Origin: Rotaria socialis
Lineage: Eukaryota
Reading direction: 5' to 3'
Assembly: GCA_905331295.1 (NCBI GenBank)
Contig: CAJNYD010000044.1
Coordinates: forward strand, 1 to 64,000
DNA length: 64,000 nt
Below are positions 41,140 through 54,730 of this stretch, piece after piece. A program made the translations under genes and the position numbers. Each line of letters starts with the position of its first letter. Within the stretch, counting starts at the first letter, position 1. The notes beneath the pieces were generated by a model. It searched no databases. It was not told the origin of the DNA and saw only the letters and a program-made list of their open reading frames with translations.

Positions 41140-41888
41140 ATACATCATCTATATAGTTGATTCTAAATTAGGATCTGATGTTTATTAGACGCAAAAGCTA
41201 GAAGTATAAATTTGTTTTTCCTCTGCAACTTGACTACAAAATAATATCTCCTTGAAATACGTAAAGATATTATTCATGCAAGAGTTTGGTTTCTCTTAAA
41301 ATAGAGAAATTTATCACTGACCTTGAATAATCAATGAGAATAACAACAGATATACATCGTTGTTTTCTTTCTTTCTTTTTGATAACAGGAATAATGAAGA
41401 GGCCACATGAACCATGTATGACTACATTCGTCTGTATTTTTTTTCACTCATCACATTTTCATGTACTCAAATTTATCGGCGAAATCTACCTCGGTACATG
41501 AACTCATTTGCATCATTCGGCTTTTCATGAAGAAAAAAAAGCAGATTGAGGCAAATTTGAACAGCATATTACTCTCACTCTCATCTCGATAGTTTTCTTC
41601 CGGTATTCCCATGTTCACATACGATTAGCACCTATGTGTTGCTCATTAAGCATAACAAGCAGAGAACTGTCTACATTTGAATCTTACAGACAATTGTGAA
41701 ACAAATGTATATATTTCGTATTTGATCGGATAACTTTGATCATGGAGAGAAAAAAAGTGCGAACAACTTATTATGATCAGCATATTCGATTAAAAGATTA
41801 TTTCACAGATAATCAGCTTATACATATACGTATTCATATAAAGATAAAACGCATGATTGACATAGCAGATGGATACATAAGGAGATAT

Positions 41889-41894
<6 letters not shown>

Positions 41895-41923
<29 letters not shown>
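41895..41923. repeat. (GA)n microsatellite
   Basis: Direct read. Confidence 0.9.
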
Positions 41924-41926
<3 letters not shown>

Positions 41927-44900
41927 CGTCGTTGTCTAACATTGAGTCTAGTAGTAGAGTCAACACAATACTATTGATTATATTGTCTGAAAGACAGAAT
42001 AGATATCTGAGAATGCTTTTATTTCTCAAGAATCTTCTACCATGTAAATAATAAGAAATCTTATGATTGAATTGTAAAAATCTAAAGTAAAACGAGTTAT
42101 CTATCAAATACTGATTGTCAGCTGGAAGCATCATATCTATAACAAGTTTTTCTGTTCTCTTGCATGTCTTTAATGCTGATGAAATTTGAAGATTATCAGT
42201 ACTTTTCATGGAAGTAAAAAAAAGAATTACTCTGCTCTCACGAAGAATATTTTACATTAGACAGCGGAAACGCTCTTAATATTAAATAATGATCTTCCGG
42301 AAAATTCAAAATAATCATGTTGTTATAGTCTCGAGTATGCAACACGCATAAGTAGAGTACAAAGAAGAGCTATTTATCTTGCTTTTCTTTATTTTGTCAA
42401 AATGAAGAGAAATGTTTCCTTTTTTTTTGAATTCTAAAATGCATTGTAATGTTTGTGTAATAACAGTGAAAATTTAATATGACATCACGAGTTTTTATAA
42501 CTCTTATGTGTCATGAGAGAGAAAATAAATCAAATATTTGCATGTACTTAATCATCGGATTCGATCGTGAAACTTATTTTCTTAGTGAAATGAAATCCTT
42601 CAATAAAAATAAAATCAAATACTAAACATGTCAACGTAAAACTATTTTTATTTATCAACAACGAAATGCGGTTGGGTTAGTTTGCCTTTTTCTTGTATTC
42701 AAGTTCCTACTCGTATCAATTGAAATATAATTCGACGTGCGAAAATAATTTCATGGCAAATAATTTAGCTTCATTGCATACAACATTTGTTTTTATTATT
42801 ATCATCAATCTATGTCGTTTTCTATCAATACCTACACGGCGTGAAATAAAATAAAGTTGACGGTGAAACTCTCGTAGAAGGGAAAAAACTTGCGCCTTTG
42901 CCAGTCATTCTTCAATAGTTAGACATGCTGCTATAAAAAGAATCTCATTCACATGTTGAGTTGGTGTCGAATAACGACTATTGTAATTTAAAACTATTCT
43001 TCAGAATAATTTCATTCTATTGATCGTTTCTAAAGTAAATAATCATAAACAGTGGAGTATACTGTACGTTATCTAACATAGTAATTACAACACAGACCTA
43101 ACTATTATTGTTTAAAATGCGCCAGTGTCTTGTTTATTTGTAAATAGAATGGTATCGATAGAATATCTGCATCACACTCACGAGCTGTTATTTGAAAAAA
43201 CAAAATTATTTGAAGATACATGTTATGTCTGTTTATTTTATTGAAATAGCGAGCCAACAACTGAATAGAAAACAGAACTTCTAAATTAAGTATTCATTCT
43301 GCTAGAGTGGCGATACCCTGATGAAATTGTAAATCTTTGAATAAATCATACAAATATGCGAATGTCAATATAAAACGTAATATAAATGGAATTTTTCCCG
43401 GAATATTTTTATCAGGAAGTAATATGCTGACTGAATGAGTGAACTGTATAGTATTAAAAAACTATAATGATTAATTATTCGATTTTATTCTAATCGAACT
43501 ACCGATGTCTAGTCAATATAAGACATGATATAATTTCTTCGAAAACATAGCCAAGAACACGTGAAATCGCCACGTCACTAATCTTTCGAGGTAATATTCA
43601 AAGTTCACTCATAGAATAGTTTTTATATTGTTTAGAACTTATGCACGATCAAGAAAACTTTTGCATACTATAATATTTTAAATTAAATCAATAGTTCCTT
43701 AATACGTCAACATATATGTTAGTGTTGTAATGACCTATGCATCGTTTCATTTTAAGAAAAAATCAAGACTAGGCCAATATTTATAAAAAAAAAAAGCCAA
43801 CACAATTAATTTATGAAGATGATAGTTTTCTTGTATTGACTAATTTTGATGTTGTGATATCGTAGATAAAATTGTTAGAAATTATTGTACATTGATTAGA
43901 CTGACATACTGATTGAAGATTATCGTTTATGATCGTTTTCTAATTCAGATTATATATTCGTTAGAATATGTATTTTTTTTCTTCATATTTTTGACTGATT
44001 TTCTTTGTTTCCAAATGATTGAAATTCAATTAGTAACTTATATTGAGAATCACGAGCTACCTTTAATTACACGCTTCATTATAACACGTTTTTATCTATA
44101 TTTCTTGTTATCAATAGTCATGAATAGATGACATACTGATAAATTTTATGTGTAGAGTGAAGCGCCGAAGACACATCTATCCACACTCACTCGTGATTGA
44201 TTGGCCATGTATCAATGACAATATGATATCATCATTGATAGATAAATAGTGAAACATTTTTTTTTTGCTTTTATGAGTTTTTACTTGCCAAATGCATGGG
44301 AAAAGAAATCAAATGGCCTTGTGTATATAGAAGGATGTTATCAAATTTAACATGATTGTCTAAACATCAATCTTACAGCAGTCTTTATCTATTAAATTTT
44401 ATTAATTGTTCGCATAGAAGAGATTGATGTCTAAATAGATTATGTTAACTATGATTCACTTTTTTCTTTCTTATAAACACTTTATCGTTGTCAATATTAA
44501 GAGTAGTTTTTTTCTGTGTTTCACAAGGCAACAAGGATTCCACTAATTTATCGAGGTATTCAATTATCGTGCTGAATGTAAAAACATCATAGTTGAAGAA
44601 CTGGTAGCTCGACAGAATCGGTTTTTACCTCAATAAAATATCCCAAGAGATAATTCGTAAGATCAGGTCGAACAATGGAGCACACAAACTCTGTGTCAGA
44701 AGAGCCAGTCTATGCTTCAGAGCTACAGCTAATATAAGGAAGTAATAGTGAGAAAATAAATCTCATGTAACATCTCTTTTCCTTCAGCACAATTCAATTT
44801 GTTTCGCATTTCTGGAACATCGAATGTTAAGGTTCAGACTTCTTTAAACCTTATATAAGGAAGAATCTAGAAATTTTGGCTCTGCTCGTTTAGAATCTTA

Positions 44901-45111
44901 AAAATATATTGAAGTTTTCGATGCAAGACAACTGAAAGTTTGCCGATATCTTCTCCTTCAAAGAAAAACAACAGCACATTGGTTTATCATCCTAGTGCTT
45001 CTTTTCAAGATCTTTCAAGAAAAATAAATATTTTAATTTACAATACACAAAAACATACAATAAATACAAGATTAAATGACTATAGCATTAAAATGTGACG
45101 TTCATGAAAAA

Positions 45112-46210
45112 TTAAACTGTGTGAATGATCGGCTGCTTGTTAGTATTTAAGAGTTTTGTAAGTTTAAAAGCATGCGAAGCCATAATTACCTATAAAATAG
45201 GTGAAATAGAACCATACTGTGAAACAACCGCGACTACTTACTTTTACTGCAAAAAGAATGATAAGTTCAATAGTACAAAATATACTACATATGATTAAGT
45301 CAACAACATCACTCTTCTTTTGGTCGACTTGTCTTGCATAAAATATAAAAACACCAAAAGAAACCAAACGAACTATTGTTAAAATACCAGTGAACACTAA
45401 ATTGGTGACGATGAAATATGCAAACTAAAGATAGAAGATTATTTTCAAAAAAATGCTTTCTATTTTACGACTTTTGTTCATGCAACATTCGCTCAAGAGA
45501 CTTTCTGGATAATTAATAAAATCCGTTCAAAGTTCTAAAGTACACATCTCTGTATGGATCATTTTTTAACTGCCTAGCACTTTTCAAGATGACTTGTAGG
45601 TCTAATTAATCTATCAATTAACTTTTTGTGCATACACATTCTGAATATCGCTTTTACGAAGATACTAATGATAGGAAATATAAATTTTTTCCCAGACAAT
45701 CTAAAATACGTATCATTTTTTTCTTGTATTAGTTGTTAATTAAAAAACATAGCATACTAATAATAATCCATTTGGTTTGCAATTGTACGTAACAACAAGT
45801 CCATAAACATTCCAAAGAAACACTGTCATAGCCTCAATAACTGTTGCCTGTTGAAGTGACCGCTTCGCATTGTTTTCATTTGACAGTTGTCTACCGGCAA
45901 ATAAAATAATCATTGCAAGTCCCTATAAATGAAATAAACGTCTAAAACAACGTGAATTTTTAAAGAAATTGAAATCTATGGACAACACTCAAGTGAGCTT
46001 TAAGCGGAATACAAGCCGTTTTTCATAAACTATTTGCTGCGATCATTTAATAGCAAATTGAAAAACTCACAAGATTAATCATGATCACGACCAAGAGGCG
46101 GCTTCGAGTTCGTTTTAATGGAGATTCATCGATTTGCGGTAATTGTGAAACAACAGGCATAGGATCATCATCCTTCGTAATCATATATTTAGTTTCTTGA
46201 TTCTGTTGCA
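45112..46210 (-). CDS. Small multi-pass (~4 TM) membrane protein of unknown family; 4 exons
   Basis: Hydrophobic segments in four GT-AG-bounded exons (LLVVIMINL/GLAMIILFA; AMTVFLWNVYGLVV; FAYFIVTNLVFTGILTIVRLVSFGVFIF; LIICSIFCTIELIILFAVK/VIMASHAFKL...TV*). Confidence 0.6.
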
Positions 46211-46803
46211 TTTGAATAATAATTCGAAGTTTTCTAACCTGCAAATAACAAACAAAAGAATAACTGAGAAAAGAACTAATAATATTAGTCTGATGATAAA
46301 TAATAGTAAAATCGTTCAGTAAAATTCTGTTTTTCTGTACTCGATCTAATGTGTCTGCACTTTTGAATCAAGAATATTTCGCCAGCTAGGTAATAATACT
46401 GTAATGAAACTGATCGGATGCATAACAAACGGACGGCTAGTTTGAAAAAGAAAAGAGATAGAATAGATTCTTCACTACATGCAAACTTATTATAATTTCA
46501 TACAAAGGACAGACAAAATGCATAAAAGACGAAGAAAAGTTTAACGAGATATGGATCACGAAGGAAGGACATGTTAAACGTATTTATTGGTGAAATACGG
46601 TAACGAATAAAGATTATTACGTAGTAGTTACGTTTTTTCAGACTGATTTAAGACCAAAACTAAATAGTAGATCGTGTTTATTTCGTTGAATATGAAAAAG
46701 CTAGTCGTTCAATACCCGTTTTCCCTCTCTTACACGAACAGACCAAGAATATGCTGTTACATCATTGTAATTAAGAAATAAAATTAAACAGAAAAAAAAG
46801 CTA

Positions 46804-47659
46804 TTAAAATGTGGTAGCTAATCTTGCCATGTATTCACTTTCTTTCGGTGATCCTGTGAAACATTGAAATAATAAACCTTTACTAAAATAATTGGATAAT
46901 GCGGGCCGTTCTCTTATGATTTGCTCTAGTTTAGACTGATGATTGATAATCTTCTTCATCGGGTAATCATTTTCGACAATAATCACGAGCTGTTATATAT
47001 GCTTCAAAAACAAACAAATCAGCAATAGTCGGTTCTGGTTGATCATAATAAAATGACGTTGAACTTTTTCGAAGTAAACTATTCAATGCTTTCAAACCGT
47101 TTTGAATTTTCCTTGCTAAAAGATTCGTCGGATTTTTTTTTCATCTACGAAATCAATCATAGTCCATATGCATTGTAAAATATTGAATATCACATCGGTA
47201 TATGCACATGGAACAACACCATCAATATAACCGTGCAAAAGATCTTTATCGTCAATTGACGATGTTAATTTTCCATATAAATCAAATTTTCGTGCTAACA
47301 ATTGTCCTAAGAAAACAAAAGAAAATATATAGTGTTTCGTTTTTTCTAACGAAATAAACCTACTGGTAAGGTTTGACCGAAAATTTGCGTATGATTCCAA
47401 TGCAATACAGGTAACTGATGGAATGGTCCAGAGATAGTATCATCATTTTTACGTAGGGGCCATGATTGAGCTGCCTTCTCAAGTAATTCGAAATTTTCTT
47501 TACAATCAACATTTTTATGTGTGTATGAAATATCTTCAAGCATGTAACAATACTAGCTACTTTTATTGGCATAATAGAGACTTTGAAAAAAGTGCTATAC
47601 GATAATAATACTACGAAAAGATGAACCGCTTTTGTCTTTTCTTCTTCATGATACGGCAT
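46804..47659 (-). pseudogene. Glutathione S-transferase pseudogene
   Basis: PFHQLPVLHW...GQT...GQLLARKFDLYG (GST N-domain), PTIADLFVFE (C-domain capping motif), RERPALSNY. Frameshift in the A-run near 47135, plus an in-frame TGA and a second frameshift near 46970-46940. Confidence 0.7.
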
Positions 47660-49039
47660 GCCATCAGTTCACATAGGATATGCTCAAGGTATCAAGATCG
47701 TTTGCTTCGTTTTTCTGCATACTAGTTTAAAAATCAATATTCATCATTCGTGAAAATGTTAAAGGTCATTCAATTCACTATTGTAAATGAACGGACACAG
47801 ATATCAAGACCAATAGAAACAAAAGCATAAGTGTAGAATTCGGTTGATATATTTATTGCATAGTCTTTCCATTGGTTAGATACTCAAGTGCGATAGTTAT
47901 GTATATTGATGTTGAAACGATCCTTTTCTGTTTCAGATACTTGAGGGCCAACTCGAATGGTTCAATTGTGAATTTTATTTACTAGCTTTCCGGTTATATC
48001 TGCCACACTGAGTCCATATGCCTACGGCAACAGTTTTGATCGGACCCTGTATGCAACTGCGCTCATTTCAGCTTTAATTTTGCAATTATCACCAATCGAA
48101 AAAGATTTTCTCTCAAATTTGATATCAACTAGTAGGCGTTGCTTGTCATACTTGGATCGAATGATGGAAATAGTCGATATCACCATGGTAAACCTATATT
48201 GTTTCGGAAATAAATAATACACCTACTATTTACGTCATGAACTGAATGCCTTTGAAATATGTTATTCATCCAAGACATCAAAGGTGTAGATTAATAATGT
48301 TTAAATTATAAGAAAGAACATCAAATTAGAAATAGTGATGTATGCCATTGATGTGTTCCTTATTCTGTTATCTTTTCTCTTTATAAGATTGCTGTTAATT
48401 ATAAAGCTATCGTGTCTCATTTACTCTCTTAGTCGATGTTAAAAATGCTAGTCTTCAATTTACATCCTTTTTTCGGAAGAAGATATGAAGTTTAAGTTTT
48501 AACTCAAATTTGTCAGTCTGCGTGTTGCTTTTCCATTAGAATTAATACTTGAATAACTATTTTGCTCTTGCCAATTCACACTAGAATTTTATCCGATGGA
48601 GATTTATATAAATCATTGAGACGCTTCTTTGAGCTTTTTGATCCCTGTTGTGAAATAACACATAGTGTCATCCTATTAATAAATAACAATGCATTCATTA
48701 TATTTCACATATGCTCGCAGCTAAAGTACAGATTTGTTTTTCCATACATAAAAACTATAATCGCCTTAAAGGCATATGAATAGATATGTTTAAGAAAGTT
48801 CAAAATCGCTCTTCTTTTTTTGTTCGCAGGATAACCAAACATGAGAAAACGAATCGCGTTAGAGTTCTTTTAGATCGGCAAGTTTTAACCATGCTTCGAA
48901 TTTTTTTTCGATGTTAATGCAGATTTGTTGGCATGTGAACAATCATTTCAATCAATGGAATAGAGAAGTTCGTATGAGAATAAGTTACCATTTTTTTTGC
49001 TTTTTATAATCGAACTTATTTAGTCAGGCGTAAGGTGTT

Positions 49040-49945
49040 TTCTACTGTGCAGGTCGATAATTAAGTGGTAGTTCTATGGGGTCCACACGATGTCGAGATC
49101 TAAAAATTGGTTTTCTACATTCTTTGCTTGTTGCTACATAGGCAAACGGCACGATAATGTAAACGAGATAGAGCGTATACAAAAGCCAGAGAAGTGAAAT
49201 ATAGATGAGAACAATCGAAAAAATTTCTAGAGGAAATTATGTAATGAGATAAACGATAACAATGGAAAGTAGTTGAATGAGCAATTTTCTGTTCTTGCGC
49301 CATGTAAAAGATCTATTTTCCAAAATAGTAAAAACGTCGACATTTTTGAAAAATGACTCTTTCTAGAAGAATTCCGTTAAACACAACAATTATTAGTGCC
49401 GGAATGAGTACAATAAGAATCCAATCAGCAGTAAGCATTCCAACATCACTATTAAAGCATGGCCCACCACAAAGAAATTGAGTACCATCAGACCAAGTTT
49501 TAGTGCACGTATAACTGAACGTAAGAGAGTGACATATCAAACGGTAACAAACGCAAACATAAACAAAATTGGAATGTCATATCTAAAAAAGGTATCATGA
49601 AGTCGAGAAGCAAATTTTAGAAGATAGCCATCAATAGATGGCCACGTCATTCACCAGCTGGAAATGCCTTGCAATAGGTAATTTCCTATGACCCAGTATT
49701 GACAGACCGATAGGCTAAAAACACGACGTGTATAAAAGTAGTTAAGTGAAATGGGAACCAGATCACACATCAACTCGACAAAATCGATCATAATATTATT
49801 GGAACGGCGACGTAGACTGCGCTCACGAATAACACACATGATGATATAGAGTGAGCATATGAGCGATGGTTCCAATGAAATTGAGAACAGAAGCAATTTT
49901 ATTGCACGCGTAAGTGGCGTTTCAAGACTGATCACCGATGATGCA
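49040..49945 (-). pseudogene. Rhodopsin-like GPCR pseudogene (bdelloid-expanded type)
   Basis: TM1 LLLFSISLEPSLICSLYII, SLRRRSNN, VCQYW..NY.LQG.SSW*, CGGPCF...DW.LIVLIPALIIVVFNGILL.RVIFQK. Contains stops and frameshifts, and its 5' end abuts a MITE. Confidence 0.7.
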
Positions 49946-50095
49946 TATATGTCAAACTTGAAACTTGATTTCAATTTTCAACTTTTAAGCCAATAGCATT
50001 TTGAAGAATCGTGACTCACACATATATCGCTATGAGTTGAAAGTTGAAATTTTCTATTTTCAACTGAATTCTAGTTTCACGCTTGACACTACTGC
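49942..50095. mobile_element. ~155-bp MITE-like element, copy A
   Basis: Own inverted ends TGTCAAACTTGAAAC / GTTTCACGCTTGACA. A reverse-complement copy lies at 54399-54570. Confidence 0.75.
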
Positions 50096-51517
50096 CTAAG
50101 AAAAGGCAGACCTGTATTAGAATTTTGTCTATTGCTTTCATGTAGACTTAAGTCCCTAAATTAAAGAAGATATTCTAATGCACTTAATCAAATATCTTTT
50201 CTTTATATTTTTTTTCTTGGAATTGTCATTGGAGAGAGAGAGAAATTCAACTATTCTCAAATTCACTCTATTGTTCATTTCTTTTGACATAAACTTAAGA
50301 GGAAAACAGCCGGATTGAATCTTGAAAATTATTGTAGTCAATGTACTTTCACTTCGCATGAAATCAAACAAGAAAAACTTTTCCTATTCTCTAATTGTTT
50401 TATTTACATAAGCCGACAAAAGAAAAAGGATGAAAATACTCTGTCGATTTAATGATGATTACTCGAATGCTTTCTTTTGAAATACAAGCGTCAGAAGAGT
50501 TGCACCATTTAATAATTCTTTTTGGCTTGCGCCCAAAGCAAAAGCAAAATTCATGCTTCAAATAATTCTAAGAACTGCATATTCGTTTGAAATTGATATT
50601 AACTAAGACATAATTGAGTTGTTTTATTGTACATCAAATAGAATGTTCTCAGACATTTGAAATGAGGCGAGTCTCGCGAGAAAATATCTTAGACTTCACT
50701 TTCTTTCGCTCTCCTTGCCCAATTATCGAAGGTAGAGAATTCTAGTCTCAATGCAACTTCCAATTTCTTTTTTTTCCAAATAACAGATGCGGTAGAAATG
50801 CAACCGATGGTGGTCTCTTCGAACATTAACTGTGTTCATTATTGTTCAATTATTTCCATACAGTTTCTAGTTCACTGTTTTTTGAAAAAATTCGATGTTT
50901 CGTATTGCAATCACAAGTTTTAATTGTATGGTATTTCTTTTGCTCATAGTAATTAGTACTGCGTGCGAATTGCTAGATGATTTGAAAAATAGATTTATTC
51001 TACATGAAAATATTTTCGATCATGTCGGTACTGCTTGACGATTGTAACAGTACGCTCGGACTCAACTTCAAAGTTAAAAATGAAAATTTTCCCGGAAAAT
51101 CTATTGTGGCGAATTTCATCAATTGCGAAACGAGGCACCTATACGTACTATGGTCAACATCTTATTCAGATGAGATTATAAGAATTTTCCTATTATATCT
51201 ACATGATAAAATCCATAGCTATATCATTTCGTATTTCCTACAAGTCTTTATATATGTACTAGTGGTGACATTTGTCAAATAACAACACAAGTGATTAGCT
51301 GTTTTTACGACTGACATATGAATACCATTGGAAATGACCTTAATATCTTTTGTCTTCCTGTTTTTCTTGCCACGTGTAACTACTCTCGAAGAGGAAATAT
51401 GTGAATGTAATATATGTGCTTCCTTTTATAATATGCTTCTACTCTAGATTATTCTTCTTGGCTCTGAAGTTTTATCAAAGTTCAGAAATCGCTATCAATT
51501 ATATACGTAAATCAACT

Positions 51518-52090
51518 ATGGATAGTATCTTTCCCGACGAGATATTGTTACAAATTTTTCGATATTTACCTGTATTAGATTTATTTCGGGGTTTCTATAA
51601 TTTAAATTCAAGGATCAATGCTTTTGGCGCATACGAGGGACTCTGTAAAATGATTTTCAGCAATCAATTTCCAAAGTTGAAACATGTGTCGATACCCTAT
51701 GGCAATGGTCGTTATGTGGATGGAATCAAAATATGGTCGATCAATTTGATTTACCTTTACATTGCATGCTGCAATAAATCGCTGTTATACTCGTTACTTG
51801 ATCATTTACCGAACTTGAACTTTTTTCAATTTGAACTTGGCGCAAATAATGGAAGACCGATGAAATGATTAATTTATATCGATGTTTGCCTAATTTAGAA
51901 GACACAAGCATTATTATGTACTATTTTGGTACAATAGACATGATACTCTATCGCAATGTAAGAAGTTGAAGTCATATTGCTGTTTTATTCGATATACAAC
52001 CGAAAGCCCACCTCAAACGTATCTAGATGAAATAAAAAAAGTCGTATACTCTATTTCAAGATTGCGAGTTTAGTTCCTGGGATGAAGAAT
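51518..52090 (+). pseudogene. F-box/LRR-type gene remnant
   Basis: MDSIFPDEILLQIFRYLPVLDLFRGFYNLNSRIN is an F-box start. It jumps directly to LRR-like segments (FPKLKHVSI, LLDHLPNLNFF), suggesting an internal deletion, and stops early at 51868. Confidence 0.7.
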
Positions 52091-52413
52091 CGTGCTATTC
52101 TCAATGTCGAATAGAAACAAGATATCGAAAATAAATCATTCACATAAGTAATCTAGTTTTTCTTTTAAAAACTAATCATGCTAAGAAATCTTTATCTCTT
52201 ATATCTTTGATATTATTCATAATCCTGTTAACATATTACTCTCTATGGTGGATCTCATACAGCAAGTGTATTGTGAGATCCTTACAACTGAGAAAAGTCA
52301 ATGATCGGCAATCTTTATCCCCATAATTTATTCTAATGTAAAAATCTCACGTAATAAGACATTATTTTGTTTGAACGAAGGTTTTTCACCATAGAATAAT
52401 TTTAATTGATGAA

Positions 52414-53968
52414 CTAAACTAAGACACGTATACTCTTTTTTGACATGACCGTCTTTCGAAATCTCTCTTTACCAAGTTCAGATAAGTTGCAATCACAAAT
52501 GTAGAGTTTTTTTAGTGGTTGATGACGTTTGATCATGTCCCAGAGTGGATCAATACTAGAGTCCGTTATTGACTTGTTTGATGAAAGATAGAGTTCTTTA
52601 AGAGTGCTGTTCTCACTGCCAAGTACTTTAGCTAAAAGTCGAACACCTCGATCGCTTATATCATTTCCATTTAACCAAAGTTGAATTAATGTTCGATTTG
52701 TCTTTAGCATATTGACGATATATTCTACACCCGTATCGGTTATACCATTCTGCGAAAGACTAAGTTCTTTGAGAGTATGATTGTTACTGGAGAGTGTCTT
52801 AACAAGATACTTAACACCTATATCAGACACACAATTACGATAAAGATTCAATGTTAACAATGCATTGTTGTCCAGTAAAGCATCGGCAAGAATCGATACA
52901 CCAATGTGTGTAATCTTATTTCCTCCTAGTTCGAGCCATGCACATCGTTTATTGATGATAGCTTCATTGACCACTATCTCTATGTCTTCATCTTCTAATT
53001 GTTTCGAACATAAATCTATTCTGGCACGAGGACTACATTGTGCAATGAGTTGTTTCAGTTGTGCCTTATTTTTATGGTGGTTCTGTTCTAAAACCAGATA
53101 AAATATTGACAGAGGGATTAATTGAAAAATATGGTTTATGCCTGATTATGATTCAATAGTTCACTATCGAATGAGGTCTGGTTGCATATGTAAAAATTGT
53201 ACTGTGTAACTTACCCGAAGATGCTTCGTTCATAAGAGCAGACGGTGTTACTGATTGTATTAATGGTACGGGTGAGTCAATTTCTTTCAATTGAATCATG
53301 TGAAGACCGTGACCCTGATCGAGAGAAGCAACAACTTTGAATTGAGTAGCAGCAATAAGAAGTACTTCGTCTTCATGTGGAAAAAATGAATGATTACGAA
53401 TATTTTTGCCGGAATTACATTCAATTGTAAACATGGTTCGTTCTTCTGTTTTACCCATAAATAACTCACATTGAAGAACGTCCATGGAGTCAGTACACGA
53501 AGAAAATCCCCACCATACAATTGTTTCACCTTTTCGGTATTGCTCACTCAAATCTAATTTAACACCTCGATAGACAAATCGATGTTGAGTCGGCAGACGT
53601 GACAGTGCAGTAAGAATCAATTTAAGATAGAGATACCATGGATCAAGATTTCTTCTGTCTTCTGATCGGAGTGCAGCATTCAAAGCAAAATATAGACATT
53701 GTTCAATTGGTTCCCATCCCATCGAATAGAGCATAATTGATGCTGACTCGTCGTGTGTTAAACCATCTGCTGGTTTCTTGCATTTTTCTTTAGCCATATA
53801 GGCATAATCTTGTACAGCCGGTAGAATAGGGACAAGTGGTTGTACTGCTTCTTCCAGTGACATTAATGGCATTTGATTGTAGCCCTGAATTGGCATGAGC
53901 ATCTGTTGCGGTTCTTTATCAACATCGGAGATGCGCAGAATACGTTGCTTCGTGTCATCAGTGGCCAT
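52414..53968 (-). CDS. NAD+:arginine ADP-ribosyltransferase (R-S-E clade) fused to ribonuclease-inhibitor-type LRRs; exons 53968-53215 and 53087-52414
   Basis: ART motifs [12 protein letters not shown] and EDEVLL. An in-frame splice (TCG G|GT...AG|AA) joins it to LRRs of the LxxLxLxxNxIxDxGVxxLA type. No stop codons and no signal peptide. Confidence 0.88.
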
Positions 53969-54398
53969 ATTGAATACAGGAGAACTCTTTGATATTTCTA
54001 AAAAAGATTGCTTCAATTCGTTTTATATGATATGCATAATAGAAAATTGATTGGGAATTTTAGTTTTATTGAAAAACTTCTTCTCCATCCAGTAAGAAGA
54101 AGCACACGTGGAACAGCACTCTCACGAGAAAGAAAATGCAGAATTGCGCATCAATGTTGAGACCATGTATAAACAGAAATAATGCTTGATAGAATGCAAC
54201 TTTCTCTTTCTTTTTGTTCTCATGCAATGCGCAGCGTTGCCATGGCGTACAGCCGATCATCAACGTGCACTAGAATCAGAGAACGAGTTATTCGTTGAGA
54301 AAAAAATTATTTTACATAGACATGTTTTGGCACATCACTTCAATGTTGGATGAAGGTAAACATCGATACTATTCAAACTTGTATGGCTAGCAATCGAG

Positions 54399-54570
54399 CA
54401 GCAGTGTCAAACTTGAAACTTGAATTCAGTTGAAAATAGAAAATTTCAACTTTCAATTTTCAACTCATAGCGATATATGTATGAGTCACGATTATTCAGA
54501 ATGCTATTGGTTTAAAAGTTGAAAATTTTCAATTGAATTCATGTTTCAAGTTTGGCATATATGTGCACTG
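54399..54570. mobile_element. MITE-like element, copy B (inverted relative to copy A)
   Basis: Reverse complement of 49942-50095, e.g. CTCATAGCGATATATGT.TGAGTCACGATT.TTCA.AATGCTATTGG. Confidence 0.75.
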
Positions 54571-54730
54571 TCATGGAAGTATTCTATGGATTCACCGCAG
54601 AGATATTGATTTGACACGACATTTTTAGGTTCAGCTTAGTATTCAGAGTTTATTTAGTATTAGTTATGAAAATAGTTAAGTCACTTAAGATAAAGATTTT
54701 TCAGGTCGCCGTATGAATAAACATTTGAAA

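Noticed and set aside
41790..42209. 139-aa minus-strand ORF
   Set aside because: Runs through a (TC)n microsatellite and has no recognisable motif. It may be a decayed gene fragment, but I cannot support that.
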